Shown here: positions 1-8,582 of the stretch, piece after piece
How positions within the stretch are numbered: the first letter of the stretch is position 1
Layout: each line of letters begins with the position of its first letter
Assembly (NCBI GenBank): GCA_021806165.1
Contig: JAJZXY010000004.1
Span: 65,595 to 129,594, forward strand
DNA length: 64,000 bases
Reading direction: 5' to 3'
From: Thermoplasmata archaeon
GTDB lineage: Archaea; Thermoplasmatota; Thermoplasmata; Sysuiplasmatales; Sysuiplasmataceae
Notes under the pieces: model-generated
Seen by the model: only the letters and a program-made list of their open reading frames with translations
Told to the model about the DNA's origin: nothing
Databases searched by the model: none
Program-made: the position numbers and the translations under genes

Positions 1-141
1 GCAGGCTGTTCTTGATTACAAAGTAATTTCCCGCCCAGAAGGAGCACATTACTATTATCAGTGCCACGTTCCGTGCCCTGGATGCTGCCACAGGCCGCGA
101 GCTATGCATCCGACATTATTAATCTGATGACTGCAGAAGCG

Positions 142-789
142 CTACTGTGGTGGCGCAGAACGCTGTGCCGCGCTCTCCGTGTCCAGCCGGCGCATCTCTT
201 CCCTTGCAACGATTAGCAGTATCCCTGTAACTACTCCGTCGAATATTATGGCTATGACACCGAATGCGAGGCTGTTCCTTGAAAGTGCGGACCTGGTGTC
301 GCCCCTCTCCAGCGCTTCCCTTATGTTGTTTATCTCGACTGTCAGGTAGATATCAATCAGGCCGAATGCAATCAGGACAACGCCCAGTATGATCCTGCCG
401 GCGCCGCCCAGTGCGTTGTAATACAGAGTGAAAATCCCCCCAGCCAGGTTGCTGATGCCGGATGATATGAAAATTATGACGACTATAATGGAAACTATCA
501 GTGCGGCCAGCATCAATATGCCTGCCGTACCCCGCGGGCTCGGCACGTATCCTGGCAAATTGAACGGCCTGAATCTTTCACTATAGCCGGTTACGGAGCC
601 CGAAGATGCATCGACTGCAACACTGTAATACTTCCTGTACCCCGAAATCACAAACTGGGCATCGACCAGCCACGCGCCCTGGTCCAGGCGCACCGATTCA
701 AAGTACACACCCTCTCCGGCAGTTCCGAATTTCCTGAGTATCCATTCCCTCACCGAGCCCTCAGCAGACTCGGCATCTCCTACTGCCAT
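142..789 (-). CDS. Membrane protein: soluble N-terminal domain (PepSY-like?) plus about 3 TM helices
   Basis: ORF 142..795; ATG at 789 follows GGAG SD; hydrophobic C-terminal half. Confidence 0.6.
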   Translation of the reverse strand: MAVGDAESAEGSVREWILRKFGTAGEGVYFESVRLDQGAWLVDAQFVISGYRKYYSVAVDASSGSVTGYSERFRPFNLPGYVPSPRGTAGILMLAALIVSIIVVIIFISSGISNLAGGIFTLYYNALGGAGRIILGVVLIAFGLIDIYLTVEINNIREALERGDTRSALSRNSLAFGVIAIIFDGVVTGILLIVAREEMRRLDTESAAQRSAPPQ

Positions 790-882
790 AATCAACTCCC
801 GTATACTTCGATCGCCGTCACGTTATATCAAGTACCGCACACCCAAACCTCGAACAGGTCCCACGAAAGGTGCAGTCTACGT

Positions 883-1482
883 TCAGAACGCGCGCGACAT
901 GACGCCCTCATCTATTGTGTAATGATGGTCGGCAATACTGGAATCCTCTGCATCCTGCGATACGCAGACTATGTCGAACCTGTATTCTTCAGACATCTTC
1001 TTCAGTTCAGACAATACTGCCAGCCTGTCGCTGATGTTTGAGAGCGCTTCGTCGATAAGGATGACACTTGGACTGGAGAGGACGGCTGTCGCTACAGCAA
1101 CCCTCATCTTCTGTCCCTGGCTGAGTCTGTCAACCTTGCCCGAGAATCCTATGCCCAGGCCCTCAGTCACCCTGCCTGCCTTTGCGTCTGAAGAATTCGT
1201 CCCTCCCGATCCCCAGTGAATGTGGGTGCCAACGTCCATATGGCCAAAGAAGCTGGACTGATTTACAAAGGCGGCCCGCCTCTTCTCAACAGGCAGCCCG
1301 GTAACGTCCTCCCCGTTGAATCTGATGTAGCCGCTGTCTACTGGGTACCTCCCGAGCAGGCAGAGGAGGAACGTTGACTTTCCAGCTCCGTTTCTTCCGG
1401 TCAGCAGAATCAGACCGGCATCGTCCATCCGGGCACTGAGTGAGAAGCTGCCTCTGCGAATGGAAAAGCCGGCGCTGATCAG
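883..1482 (-). CDS. ABC transporter ATP-binding subunit (ModC/WtpC-like), probable CTG start at 1482
   Basis: Walker A GRNGAGKST, LSQGQ signature, ILIDEA Walker B. The in-frame extension LISAGFSIRRGSFSLSAR upstream of ATG 1428 begins at a CTG overlapping the permease stop and follows SD GGGGTGA. Confidence 0.85.
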   Translation of the reverse strand: MISAGFSIRRGSFSLSARMDDAGLILLTGRNGAGKSTFLLCLLGRYPVDSGYIRFNGEDVTGLPVEKRRAAFVNQSSFFGHMDVGTHIHWGSGGTNSSDAKAGRVTEGLGIGFSGKVDRLSQGQKMRVAVATAVLSSPSVILIDEALSNISDRLAVLSELKKMSEEYRFDIVCVSQDAEDSSIADHHYTIDEGVMSRAF

Positions 1483-2312
1483 AGGGGGTCACCCCTTATC
1501 CCTGCCCGTGAGGTGAGGAGACCCCTCCTCCTGGCAATCCTTACAGCAAGCATGATGGCGATGCTGAAGACAATCATGAACGACGCCGCCGAAACTGCAA
1601 CCTGGAGGCCATAATACCCGAAGTACTCGTAGACAAGGACGGAGGCGGGACTGACACCGCTGAATGGAGGCTGCAGAACGTAGTATGCAACGATTGCAAC
1701 AGACCCGAATTCGCTCATGGCCCTCCCCATCGAGGTGAGTGATGCGGACAGTAGGTCCCTGGCTGCGGAGGGTATCACCACCGAATACAGTATCCTGCCC
1801 CGGCCTGCCCCGAGGGAGGAGGCAAAAAGCTCAATGTCGCCGCTCCTTGATGCAAACGACGATTGAGCTGACCGGATGTATATGGGCGCGGAAACAATCA
1901 CGAGCGCTGCCACCAGGCCTGTGATGGAGTAAAAGAAGTTAATACCCAGTGACTGAAGGAACGCGCCAACAGGTGTTGTCCTGCTGTCCAGCAGAAGAAG
2001 CGAAATGCCCACTATAGGATGAGGTATCGAGGCAGGTATATCTGCCGCCGTTTCAAGAGTTTCGTTTCCGATCCTCGCCATATGATATGCCAGCGGAGTG
2101 AATAGAATGAAAACGATTACGGCTGCAGCCGCTGAAGCAAACAGGGTGAGAGCAATGGACTTGAGGACTACCATGCTGAAACCCTGTGGACTCCTGAACA
2201 CCACCAGTCCGTAGAAGAGAAGTAGAACGGTCGGCACTGAGAGCAGTATAATCGAGACGAGAGACCAGATGCCGACTGCATCCAGCCACCGCCTAGCGTT
2301 TACGGAAGGCAA
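1479..2312 (-). CDS. Molybdate/tungstate/sulfate-type ABC permease (ModB/WtpB-like)
   Basis: Multiple TMs, EAA-like loop (ELFASSLGA), GRAMSEFG motif; TTG at 2312 follows GGGGTG SD. Confidence 0.85.
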   Translation of the reverse strand: MPSVNARRWLDAVGIWSLVSIILLSVPTVLLLFYGLVVFRSPQGFSMVVLKSIALTLFASAAAAVIVFILFTPLAYHMARIGNETLETAADIPASIPHPIVGISLLLLDSRTTPVGAFLQSLGINFFYSITGLVAALVIVSAPIYIRSAQSSFASRSGDIELFASSLGAGRGRILYSVVIPSAARDLLSASLTSMGRAMSEFGSVAIVAYYVLQPPFSGVSPASVLVYEYFGYYGLQVAVSAASFMIVFSIAIMLAVRIARRRGLLTSRAGIRGDPL

Positions 2313-2384
2313 TCTCAGCACCCCCTGCTTTCCCTGCGCCAGGGATACCACGGCACAAATCAAGGCTGCGTCGGAGCTGGACTG

Positions 2385-3419
2385 TCAGAGACTTCCCCCC
2401 TGCACGACTCTGCCTGTGGAAACCAGCCTGGAGATTTCAAGTGGCAGCGGCAGGGAGGAGAAGAGCACGGAGGTTGACAGGGGTGCCATACCGAAGGAGG
2501 AGAGGACGGCAGAGTTGTTTACAACAAAATCCAGGAATGCATATGCTGCCCTGGCTTCCGTGCTGTTAGCCAGCACTGTAACAAACAGGTATATGGGTGA
2601 GCCGCTGACAGGACCATCCGGCAGATTGTAGGTGAACATCCCGTAGAAGGAGGACATGCTCGAATTGCCCTGATTGACGGCTGGAGGCAGCGGCAAATAG
2701 CGGAGGCCCTTGGCAACCGCTGCGGATTTGTAGATGAAAAGGAACTGTATATTCCCAGTTTCGAGGGGAGCTACGAGTGCAGAAGCGCTGGGAGCGCTGA
2801 CGTTTGCGTTGTTATGGACTGCGCGGTCTGTGAAATAGCTTGTGTTTCCACCTGCGTACAGGTAGCCCGCAATTTCAAGCGCAAGCCATCCCCGTAGTCC
2901 AGCCGGATCGTCCAGTGGATTTGCAATGCCAATCTTCACCTTTCCGTTCGTAAGGTTTGTAAAGGCAGATAGTTCAACAGAAGAACTGTTGTCTGGCAGG
3001 GAATTCTGAAACTGGCTGATGAAGCTCTTTGCCGATGGCGAGAGCAGTGTGGAATTGGAATATGCGATCACCAGCTGATCTGATGCGATAGCAAGTGCCC
3101 AGCCGCTGAACCTGCTCTTCAGGTATGATTGCGCATAGGAGCCGAGAGAGACGGAGATGAAAACGTCTGCCGGCGCTCCCTGGCCTATGGTCCTGGCGTC
3201 GGAATAGGAGCCGCCCCCGATTGCTGGGGCAGTCCGGTAGCCCGTATAGCTTGAGAATGAGGTCAGCAGGGTATTGCTCTCCCGGACGTAGGCGTCGGCG
3301 GAATAGGTGATCATGGGGGGGGTTCCAGCTCGATTCCCCGCTGCGAGAAGAGCGTAGGATGCTCCAGCTATCAGCAGCACAGCTGCCACAGCACCGATGA
3401 TTTTCCACCTGCCATTCAT
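2385..3419 (-). CDS. Oxyanion (Mo/W-type) ABC substrate-binding protein, WtpA/ModA-like
   Basis: N-terminal membrane anchor; ADVFISV, NPLDDPAG and FIYKS motifs; first gene of the ABC operon. Confidence 0.8.
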   Translation of the reverse strand: MNGRWKIIGAVAAVLLIAGASYALLAAGNRAGTPPMITYSADAYVRESNTLLTSFSSYTGYRTAPAIGGGSYSDARTIGQGAPADVFISVSLGSYAQSYLKSRFSGWALAIASDQLVIAYSNSTLLSPSAKSFISQFQNSLPDNSSSVELSAFTNLTNGKVKIGIANPLDDPAGLRGWLALEIAGYLYAGGNTSYFTDRAVHNNANVSAPSASALVAPLETGNIQFLFIYKSAAVAKGLRYLPLPPAVNQGNSSMSSFYGMFTYNLPDGPVSGSPIYLFVTVLANSTEARAAYAFLDFVVNNSAVLSSFGMAPLSTSVLFSSLPLPLEISRLVSTGRVVQGGSL

Positions 3420-3516
3420 GGGACCAGCAGAGCAGCGGGATGGGTTACTGTCAAATAAGTGTTTTCATTTACCTAAAATCAAACAGTTTTGGTTGACATT
3501 ACAAGCCGGGTGTCAC

Positions 3517-3927
3517 ATGACAGGAGAAAGAACGTATCTGACAGAGAGGCAGCTCGAGATACTGTCTCTGCGTAGAGATGGTCACAGCCGTTCCCAGATA
3601 TCGGAGAAGCTGGGCATTTCAAGGCAGAATGTTGCTGTGCTCGAGAAGCGTGCAATCAGGAATATAGAGCGAGCGGCGGCGACCATAGAACTTGCCGGTA
3701 GCAGGGGAATAGTCAGGAGGATAACGCTCAACAGGGGGCTTCACATTCTGGATGCCGCGAAGATCATACTCAGCAAGGCTGACGGGTTCGGCATAAGGCT
3801 GACAGACAACGTTGTTACAGTGCTCTCTGCCATCAGATCAGCTTCAGGCGACTCTGTAAAGGCTGGCATACTGGAAAAGGAACTCAGTGCGTATGTGCTG
3901 CAGGATGGGAGACTTCTCTTCAGGTAG
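3517..3927 (+). CDS. Tfx family DNA-binding protein
   Basis: N-terminal HTH LTERQLEILSLRRDGHSRSQISEKLGISRQNVAVLEKRAIRNIERA typical of Tfx; ATG at 3517. Confidence 0.8.
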   Translation: MTGERTYLTERQLEILSLRRDGHSRSQISEKLGISRQNVAVLEKRAIRNIERAAATIELAGSRGIVRRITLNRGLHILDAAKIILSKADGFGIRLTDNVVTVLSAIRSASGDSVKAGILEKELSAYVLQDGRLLFR

Positions 3928-4399
3928 AGGATGGAGCACGGCTGGGTGTCTCCGACATATCCCTTATCAGGCCTTCTTTAATCCTGTCATAATGTTTCTC
4001 AATCTCGTCACTTATGAAATTGGGCCGGAGAAAAAGATAGATGCGGACTGCATAGGATGTTATGTCCAGATCAAGCGACATCAGAAGTTCGCAGCCCCCG
4101 GTTACGTTGCTGAGGATCCATTTCTGTGTGTATTCTGCAACCCTGAACCTGCCGTAGTAAAGAGTTCCTGCACCCTCCCAGCTGTCTGGGGGATGCAGGA
4201 TTACTTCCGTTTCCTCGCTCAGACGGGAGCCGGGATATCTGTTCCTGAGCCGCAGCCTGCCGTCTCCAAGCCTTTCGACTTCCCGCCCTCCGGGAGGATC
4301 GCCGAATATGGCACTGTCGTCAGGTGTGTAGTCGGTGAACCATGCAAAGGCGACCGCGGTTTCAACTGGGAGCGTCCTCCTTAAGGTGATATGGCGCAT
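3920..4399 (-). CDS. SRPBCC/START-like ligand-binding domain protein
   Basis: 159 aa; N-terminal ITLRRTLPVETAVAFAWFTDY and C-terminal long helix pattern. Confidence 0.55.
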   Translation of the reverse strand: MRHITLRRTLPVETAVAFAWFTDYTPDDSAIFGDPPGGREVERLGDGRLRLRNRYPGSRLSEETEVILHPPDSWEGAGTLYYGRFRVAEYTQKWILSNVTGGCELLMSLDLDITSYAVRIYLFLRPNFISDEIEKHYDRIKEGLIRDMSETPSRAPSST

Positions 4400-4566
4400 G
4401 CCATCGGATTGGGGAGCTGATATATACTGTAATGTACAATCTGTTAGGCGGGGAGGGGGTGGAAAAAAATTCCATCTCGATTTCCGCCCGCTGGCGTGCG
4501 GAGAAGTGCTACGCTGCAGCCGGAAAAAATCTAATAAATGAAAGACATATAAGGATAAAATTAGAA

Positions 4567-5061
4567 GTGGAGGGGAATCTTCTGGACATATATGACATAC
4601 GCATTTTGAAAGTTTTGGAGGAAAATGCCGAACTGCCCCTTAGTGACATAGGGAAAAAGGTAGGACTGATGTCTCCTTCGGCTGTGAGCAAGAGGATAAG
4701 CAAACTAAAGGAAAACGGGTATATTGAGAGGATAACGGCGAAACTGAACTACGAAAAACTGGGATTCGGGTTCTCAACGGTCACTATCATAGAGGGGAAG
4801 CACACCAAGAAGGCTGATGCTGCCCTGGCTGAAAGACTGTGCTCCGTGCAGGGCGTCATTTCTGTCCACAATACACTTGGAGGCTCCGATTTTGTTGTGA
4901 GGACTGTTAACAGGAACATGGCGGATTATTCAAAGGCGCTGGAGCTCCTGCTTGACTACGGGATGGTAGAAAGGTCAATCACAAGAGCCATAACGAGGAC
5001 ATACAAGGAGATGGACTACAGCAATGTCAAGCTGACAGAAGGAGACGGGCGGAAGGAGTGA
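4567..5061 (+). CDS. Lrp/AsnC family transcriptional regulator
   Basis: LDIYDIRILKVLEENAELPLSDIGKKVGLMSPSAVSKRISKLKENGYI HTH plus C-terminal RAM domain; start is GTG 4567 or CTG 4582 after GGAGGGG. Confidence 0.9.
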   Translation: MEGNLLDIYDIRILKVLEENAELPLSDIGKKVGLMSPSAVSKRISKLKENGYIERITAKLNYEKLGFGFSTVTIIEGKHTKKADAALAERLCSVQGVISVHNTLGGSDFVVRTVNRNMADYSKALELLLDYGMVERSITRAITRTYKEMDYSNVKLTEGDGRKE

Positions 5062-5140
5062 TTCCTTCAATCGCCCCTTACATTCTCTTTTCCGGAAAAA
5101 TTGGAATAAGTGGTTTTAAAAAAAGTTTTCAGCCTCCATT

Positions 5141-6667
5141 TCAGTCTGAAGGAACAGCGGCGGACCTCGGCATGGCTATCCTCGCTATTGCTGACCCAGC
5201 ATAGGCGACAACCAGATTGATGACAAGAGATGTTGCGGCTATGTAGAGAAGACCGAAGGGAGTCTTCATCAGGCTGGTGCTCAGTGTCTTGAAGTTGTTG
5301 GCAACAAGCGTGAACCATATCCCGGATGACATGCCTACAAGCCATCCGGCAAACAGAGCCCACCTGTTGAGGAACTTCTTGTCATAGAGACCGAGCATCA
5401 TGGCAGGCAGCGTCTGTGCAATGAAGACCCCTCCCAGAAGCTGCAGCTCTATCGCGTACGTCTGGGAAACGACGAAGACGAATGCAAGTGCCAGGAATTT
5501 GAAGAACACTGAGCTCCACTTGACGATTGTTGTTTCAGTCTTAGGGCGCAGATTCGGGACGAACTCCTTTATGACGTTCCTCGTGAGCAGGTTCGCCTGG
5601 GATATCGCCATCACTGCAGCGGGAACAAGGCCGCCGATAAATATGCCAAGGAAGGCCACTCCGGTGAACCAGTCTGGCATAGTTGTGCTGATCAGCGCAG
5701 GCACGACAAGCGTTCCATTGGCGGTTCCCCCTGCAGGCGCGACAATTGCCAGCGCTTTGGGCACTGCAAACACAAGTACGCCAAAGAGTGTCAGCAGGAA
5801 CAGACCCATTCCATAGAGCGGGAGCAGCGCTGTGCTGAGCCTGACTGTCCTGGAGCTCTTGGAACTGAGGACGCCGTTGATGGCGTGCGGGTAGAAGTAG
5901 AGTGTCAGCGCACTGAGTATAAACAGGCTGATGTACGCGTTTGCGAGCTTCGGGGACAGGGTTGCATAGTTCACCGTCGACTTTGCAGTGTGTGCGAGCT
6001 GGAATGCATGGGCAAAGCCTCCGTAGGTGTATGGTATGTAGATGACCACGACGAGCACCGTTATCAGTATTATTAGGTCCTTCATCACAGCAGTAAGCGC
6101 AGCCCCTCTCAGTCCGCTCACAAATGTGAACACGGCAAGGACAATGAACGAGATTATCAGCGCAATCTCGCTTGTGCCCGCTATAGAGTTGGGGAAGTAT
6201 GGTGAAAGCATGACTATCAGGACGGCCCTCATGCCTACAATCTGCAGTGCGATGTATGGCAATTCTGCGACTATTCCCGTAAGGGCAATGGCTATTGCCA
6301 GCGTCCTGCTTTTGAACCTGTCCTTGACAAAGTCTACGCCAGTGATGTAATTCTTCTCCCTGGACATCTTCCATAGCGTCACCATTGTGACCATAGCCAC
6401 GGCGAACGTGACCATGACATATGGCGTGGCAAACGCGTAGATGCTGCCCTTTCCGAAGGCAGCGGAAGGAACGGCGATGAATGTATATGCGGTGTACAGA
6501 TCGCCTCCAACCAGGAACCATGCAAGATACGGGCCGAGCTTTCTGCCTGCAAGAGCCCACTGACCGAGATCAGACAGGTCCCCCTTTCTCCAGTAGGCAG
6601 CACCGAAGCCGAGGAAGGTAAAAACAGCGAACAGGGCCATGAAGACTATGACAGTTACTAGCGCCAT
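5141..6667 (-). CDS. Sodium:solute symporter family protein (YhjB-like)
   Basis: 508 aa with about 13 TMs; WALAGRKLG, GDLYTAYTF and PYIALQ motifs. Confidence 0.9.
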   Translation of the reverse strand: MALVTVIVFMALFAVFTFLGFGAAYWRKGDLSDLGQWALAGRKLGPYLAWFLVGGDLYTAYTFIAVPSAAFGKGSIYAFATPYVMVTFAVAMVTMVTLWKMSREKNYITGVDFVKDRFKSRTLAIAIALTGIVAELPYIALQIVGMRAVLIVMLSPYFPNSIAGTSEIALIISFIVLAVFTFVSGLRGAALTAVMKDLIILITVLVVVIYIPYTYGGFAHAFQLAHTAKSTVNYATLSPKLANAYISLFILSALTLYFYPHAINGVLSSKSSRTVRLSTALLPLYGMGLFLLTLFGVLVFAVPKALAIVAPAGGTANGTLVVPALISTTMPDWFTGVAFLGIFIGGLVPAAVMAISQANLLTRNVIKEFVPNLRPKTETTIVKWSSVFFKFLALAFVFVVSQTYAIELQLLGGVFIAQTLPAMMLGLYDKKFLNRWALFAGWLVGMSSGIWFTLVANNFKTLSTSLMKTPFGLLYIAATSLVINLVVAYAGSAIARIAMPRSAAVPSD

Positions 6668-6879
6668 CAGGCCTCCCCCCTGTCGGTGTCGCCATGTTCA
6701 AGTATCAATGCGGCGCCAATGTACATCACGGCCGCGATTATCAGCCACAGGCCCTGGAACCACCAGAAGAATGGCAACCCGAAAAGCTGCGGATTCAGTC
6801 GATTATACAGAGGCACAGCAAGCAATACAGCGGTTGGTATTATCAGCAGCAGGGCTGCCGGTACATATCCTCTCCCCAT
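6667..6879 (-). CDS. Small 2-TM partner of the SSS transporter (DUF3311-like)
   Basis: VPLYNRLNPQLFGLPFFWWFQ motif; its TGA overlaps the SSS ATG; start ATG 6879. Confidence 0.85.
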   Translation of the reverse strand: MGRGYVPAALLLIIPTAVLLAVPLYNRLNPQLFGLPFFWWFQGLWLIIAAVMYIGAALILEHGDTDRGEA

Positions 6880-7020
6880 TTGCAAATAGACCCCTTTGGT
6901 CCCTTCGTAAAGAGGTGATCGGTCATAAAGCTTCTTCACGTTTGGACAATATAACGGCGTTATTATTGAAGAGCCTTAGCATGCTATCCTTCCAGGCCGA
7001 GGCGGGCAGCAGGCCTGGTG

Positions 7021-7359
7021 CTACAGAAGCCTTGTGCCGGCGGGCACATCTCTCTCAGGTTCAGCCAGTATGACTTTGCCACCCTCGCACGGAAAGCCGA
7101 GGACAAGGACCTCGGACATGAATCCGCCAATCTGCTTCGGCGGAAAGTTGGTGACAGCCATGATGCTCCGCCCTACCAGCGACTCGGGTGTGTACGCCAC
7201 AGTCAGCTGCGCACTGCTCTTCTTAATTCCCAGAGGGCCGAAATCAATCCTGAGCCTGTATGAGGGCTTGCGCACCCCTTCAAGCGGGGCGGCTTCCAGG
7301 ATGCGCCCGGAGTGTATCTCAACCCGTAAGAAGTCAGCATAGCTTATGGTATCGCCCAT
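7021..7359 (-). CDS. csaA: CsaA / Trbp111-type tRNA-binding OB-fold protein
   Basis: ISYADFLRVEIHSG, IDFGPLGIKKSSAQLT, VTNFPPKQIGGFMSEVLVLG. Confidence 0.85.
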   Translation of the reverse strand: MGDTISYADFLRVEIHSGRILEAAPLEGVRKPSYRLRIDFGPLGIKKSSAQLTVAYTPESLVGRSIMAVTNFPPKQIGGFMSEVLVLGFPCEGGKVILAEPERDVPAGTRLL

Positions 7360-7483
7360 GGCACCCGAATGGTGGAAGCGGGTATTAACCCAGCGGAGGC
7401 GACGAGTGCCTCGTGCCAATGAAGTAATGGAGAAAGAAAAACCGGCGTTTAATGCATTTGGCTTAAAAGGTTTGGAACACAGT

Positions 7484-7840
7484 TCAAGCGCCGCATCCGC
7501 AGCCGCATCCGCCGCCGCCGCATCCGCAGCCGGCGCCGTTGTTTACCTTCAGGTTTGGGTTGTTGATTGTGAAGCCGCCTCCGTCCAGGGACTCCACGTA
7601 ATCAATCCTTGTCCCGTCCAGATAGCTGGCACTTTCCTTGTCGACGACAATCTTGATTCCGTCCTGCGCCAACTCTATGTCCTGTTCAGGGTCAGAATTC
7701 TCGTCGAACGCCATACCGTACCTGAAGCCGTGATCGGCTGCAGTAAGGTAAACCCTGAGCAGCACTTCACTGGAGTCCTGCTGTGACAGCAGATTCTTGA
7801 CCTTGTCGCACGCTTTATCACTCAGTAGGAGATCGACCAT
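7484..7840 (-). CDS. HesB/IscA/ErpA A-type Fe-S carrier protein (variant)
   Basis: IVVDKESASYLDGTRIDYVESLDGGGFTINNPN followed by a CGCG-type tail. Confidence 0.9.
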   Translation of the reverse strand: MVDLLLSDKACDKVKNLLSQQDSSEVLLRVYLTAADHGFRYGMAFDENSDPEQDIELAQDGIKIVVDKESASYLDGTRIDYVESLDGGGFTINNPNLKVNNGAGCGCGGGGCGCGCGA

Positions 7841-7942
7841 TTGAACCGACCTTGGTTTCGATTGAGGTCGAGGTATTTAAAGATTCAGAAGCAGTTACGG
7901 CTACTGAGCTCCCGCAGTGAGGATGCAGATCCGCCCGACGTG

Positions 7943-8581
7943 TCACTTCTTGACAAATACCACGGAACAGCCATGGACGAACATTGCGGAATGGCGGGTG
8001 CGTCGTTTCCTTATCTCGTCGGACCACAGCAGTGGTTCAAGCGAGCCGAGAAGCCTTATGAACTCCGGGCTTCCGAGTATTCTGCCTGTCCGGGGGGGAG
8101 GGAGTCCGGTCCTGTCCAGGGGCCCCCTCTCATCCAGGGCGAGGATTCCCCCGGTTTTAAGGACCCTCGCAATCTCGATTCCGTAAGCTTCTATGGATGA
8201 ATCGGAATAGCCATGCAGCGCATTCCTTGAATATACAAGACTGAAGAGTCCTGTGCTGAATGGCAGAGAGAATGCGTCACCGCGAAGGGCATCCAGCCCC
8301 TTCCTGGCCGATGCGGCTGACAGTGCGGAAGGGCTCAGGTCGACGGCGGCGTAAAGCGGCCATGGCGCGCCTCTTCCCCTGTACAGAGCGGAGATGTGTG
8401 AATAGGTCCTGCCGGTGCCACAGCCAACTTCCAGCACTGGGAAGTCTGTGGGGAGCCATCCGGAGAGGAAATCCTCCACCAGGGAGGAAACGGGATAGCC
8501 CCCGGTCCTGTAGCCCCGGCTGTATCGCCGCTCCCAGATTGAGCCGATTGATGCAGCTTCCTCTCCTGGGCCAGGTGACAT
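7943..8581 (-). CDS. Class I SAM-dependent methyltransferase
   Basis: VLEVGCGTGR, AVDLS, GDAFSLPF, RVLKTGG motifs. Confidence 0.85.
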   Translation of the reverse strand: MSPGPGEEAASIGSIWERRYSRGYRTGGYPVSSLVEDFLSGWLPTDFPVLEVGCGTGRTYSHISALYRGRGAPWPLYAAVDLSPSALSAASARKGLDALRGDAFSLPFSTGLFSLVYSRNALHGYSDSSIEAYGIEIARVLKTGGILALDERGPLDRTGLPPPRTGRILGSPEFIRLLGSLEPLLWSDEIRKRRTRHSAMFVHGCSVVFVKK

Positions 8582-8582
8582 C

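Noticed and set aside
4447..4488. Possible hairpin between the SRPBCC and Lrp genes
   Set aside because: Relies on many G-U pairs in G-rich sequence; no recognisable RNA family
5541..6560. 339-aa alternative-frame ORF, and the many other overlapping or antisense ORFs in the track
   Set aside because: They overlap well-supported genes, have Arg/Cys/Pro-rich shadow composition and lack motifs; expected at this GC content
7488..7535. GCCGCATCCGCA-type tandem DNA repeat
   Set aside because: Explained by the Gly/Cys tail of the IscA-like protein; not an independent repeat element
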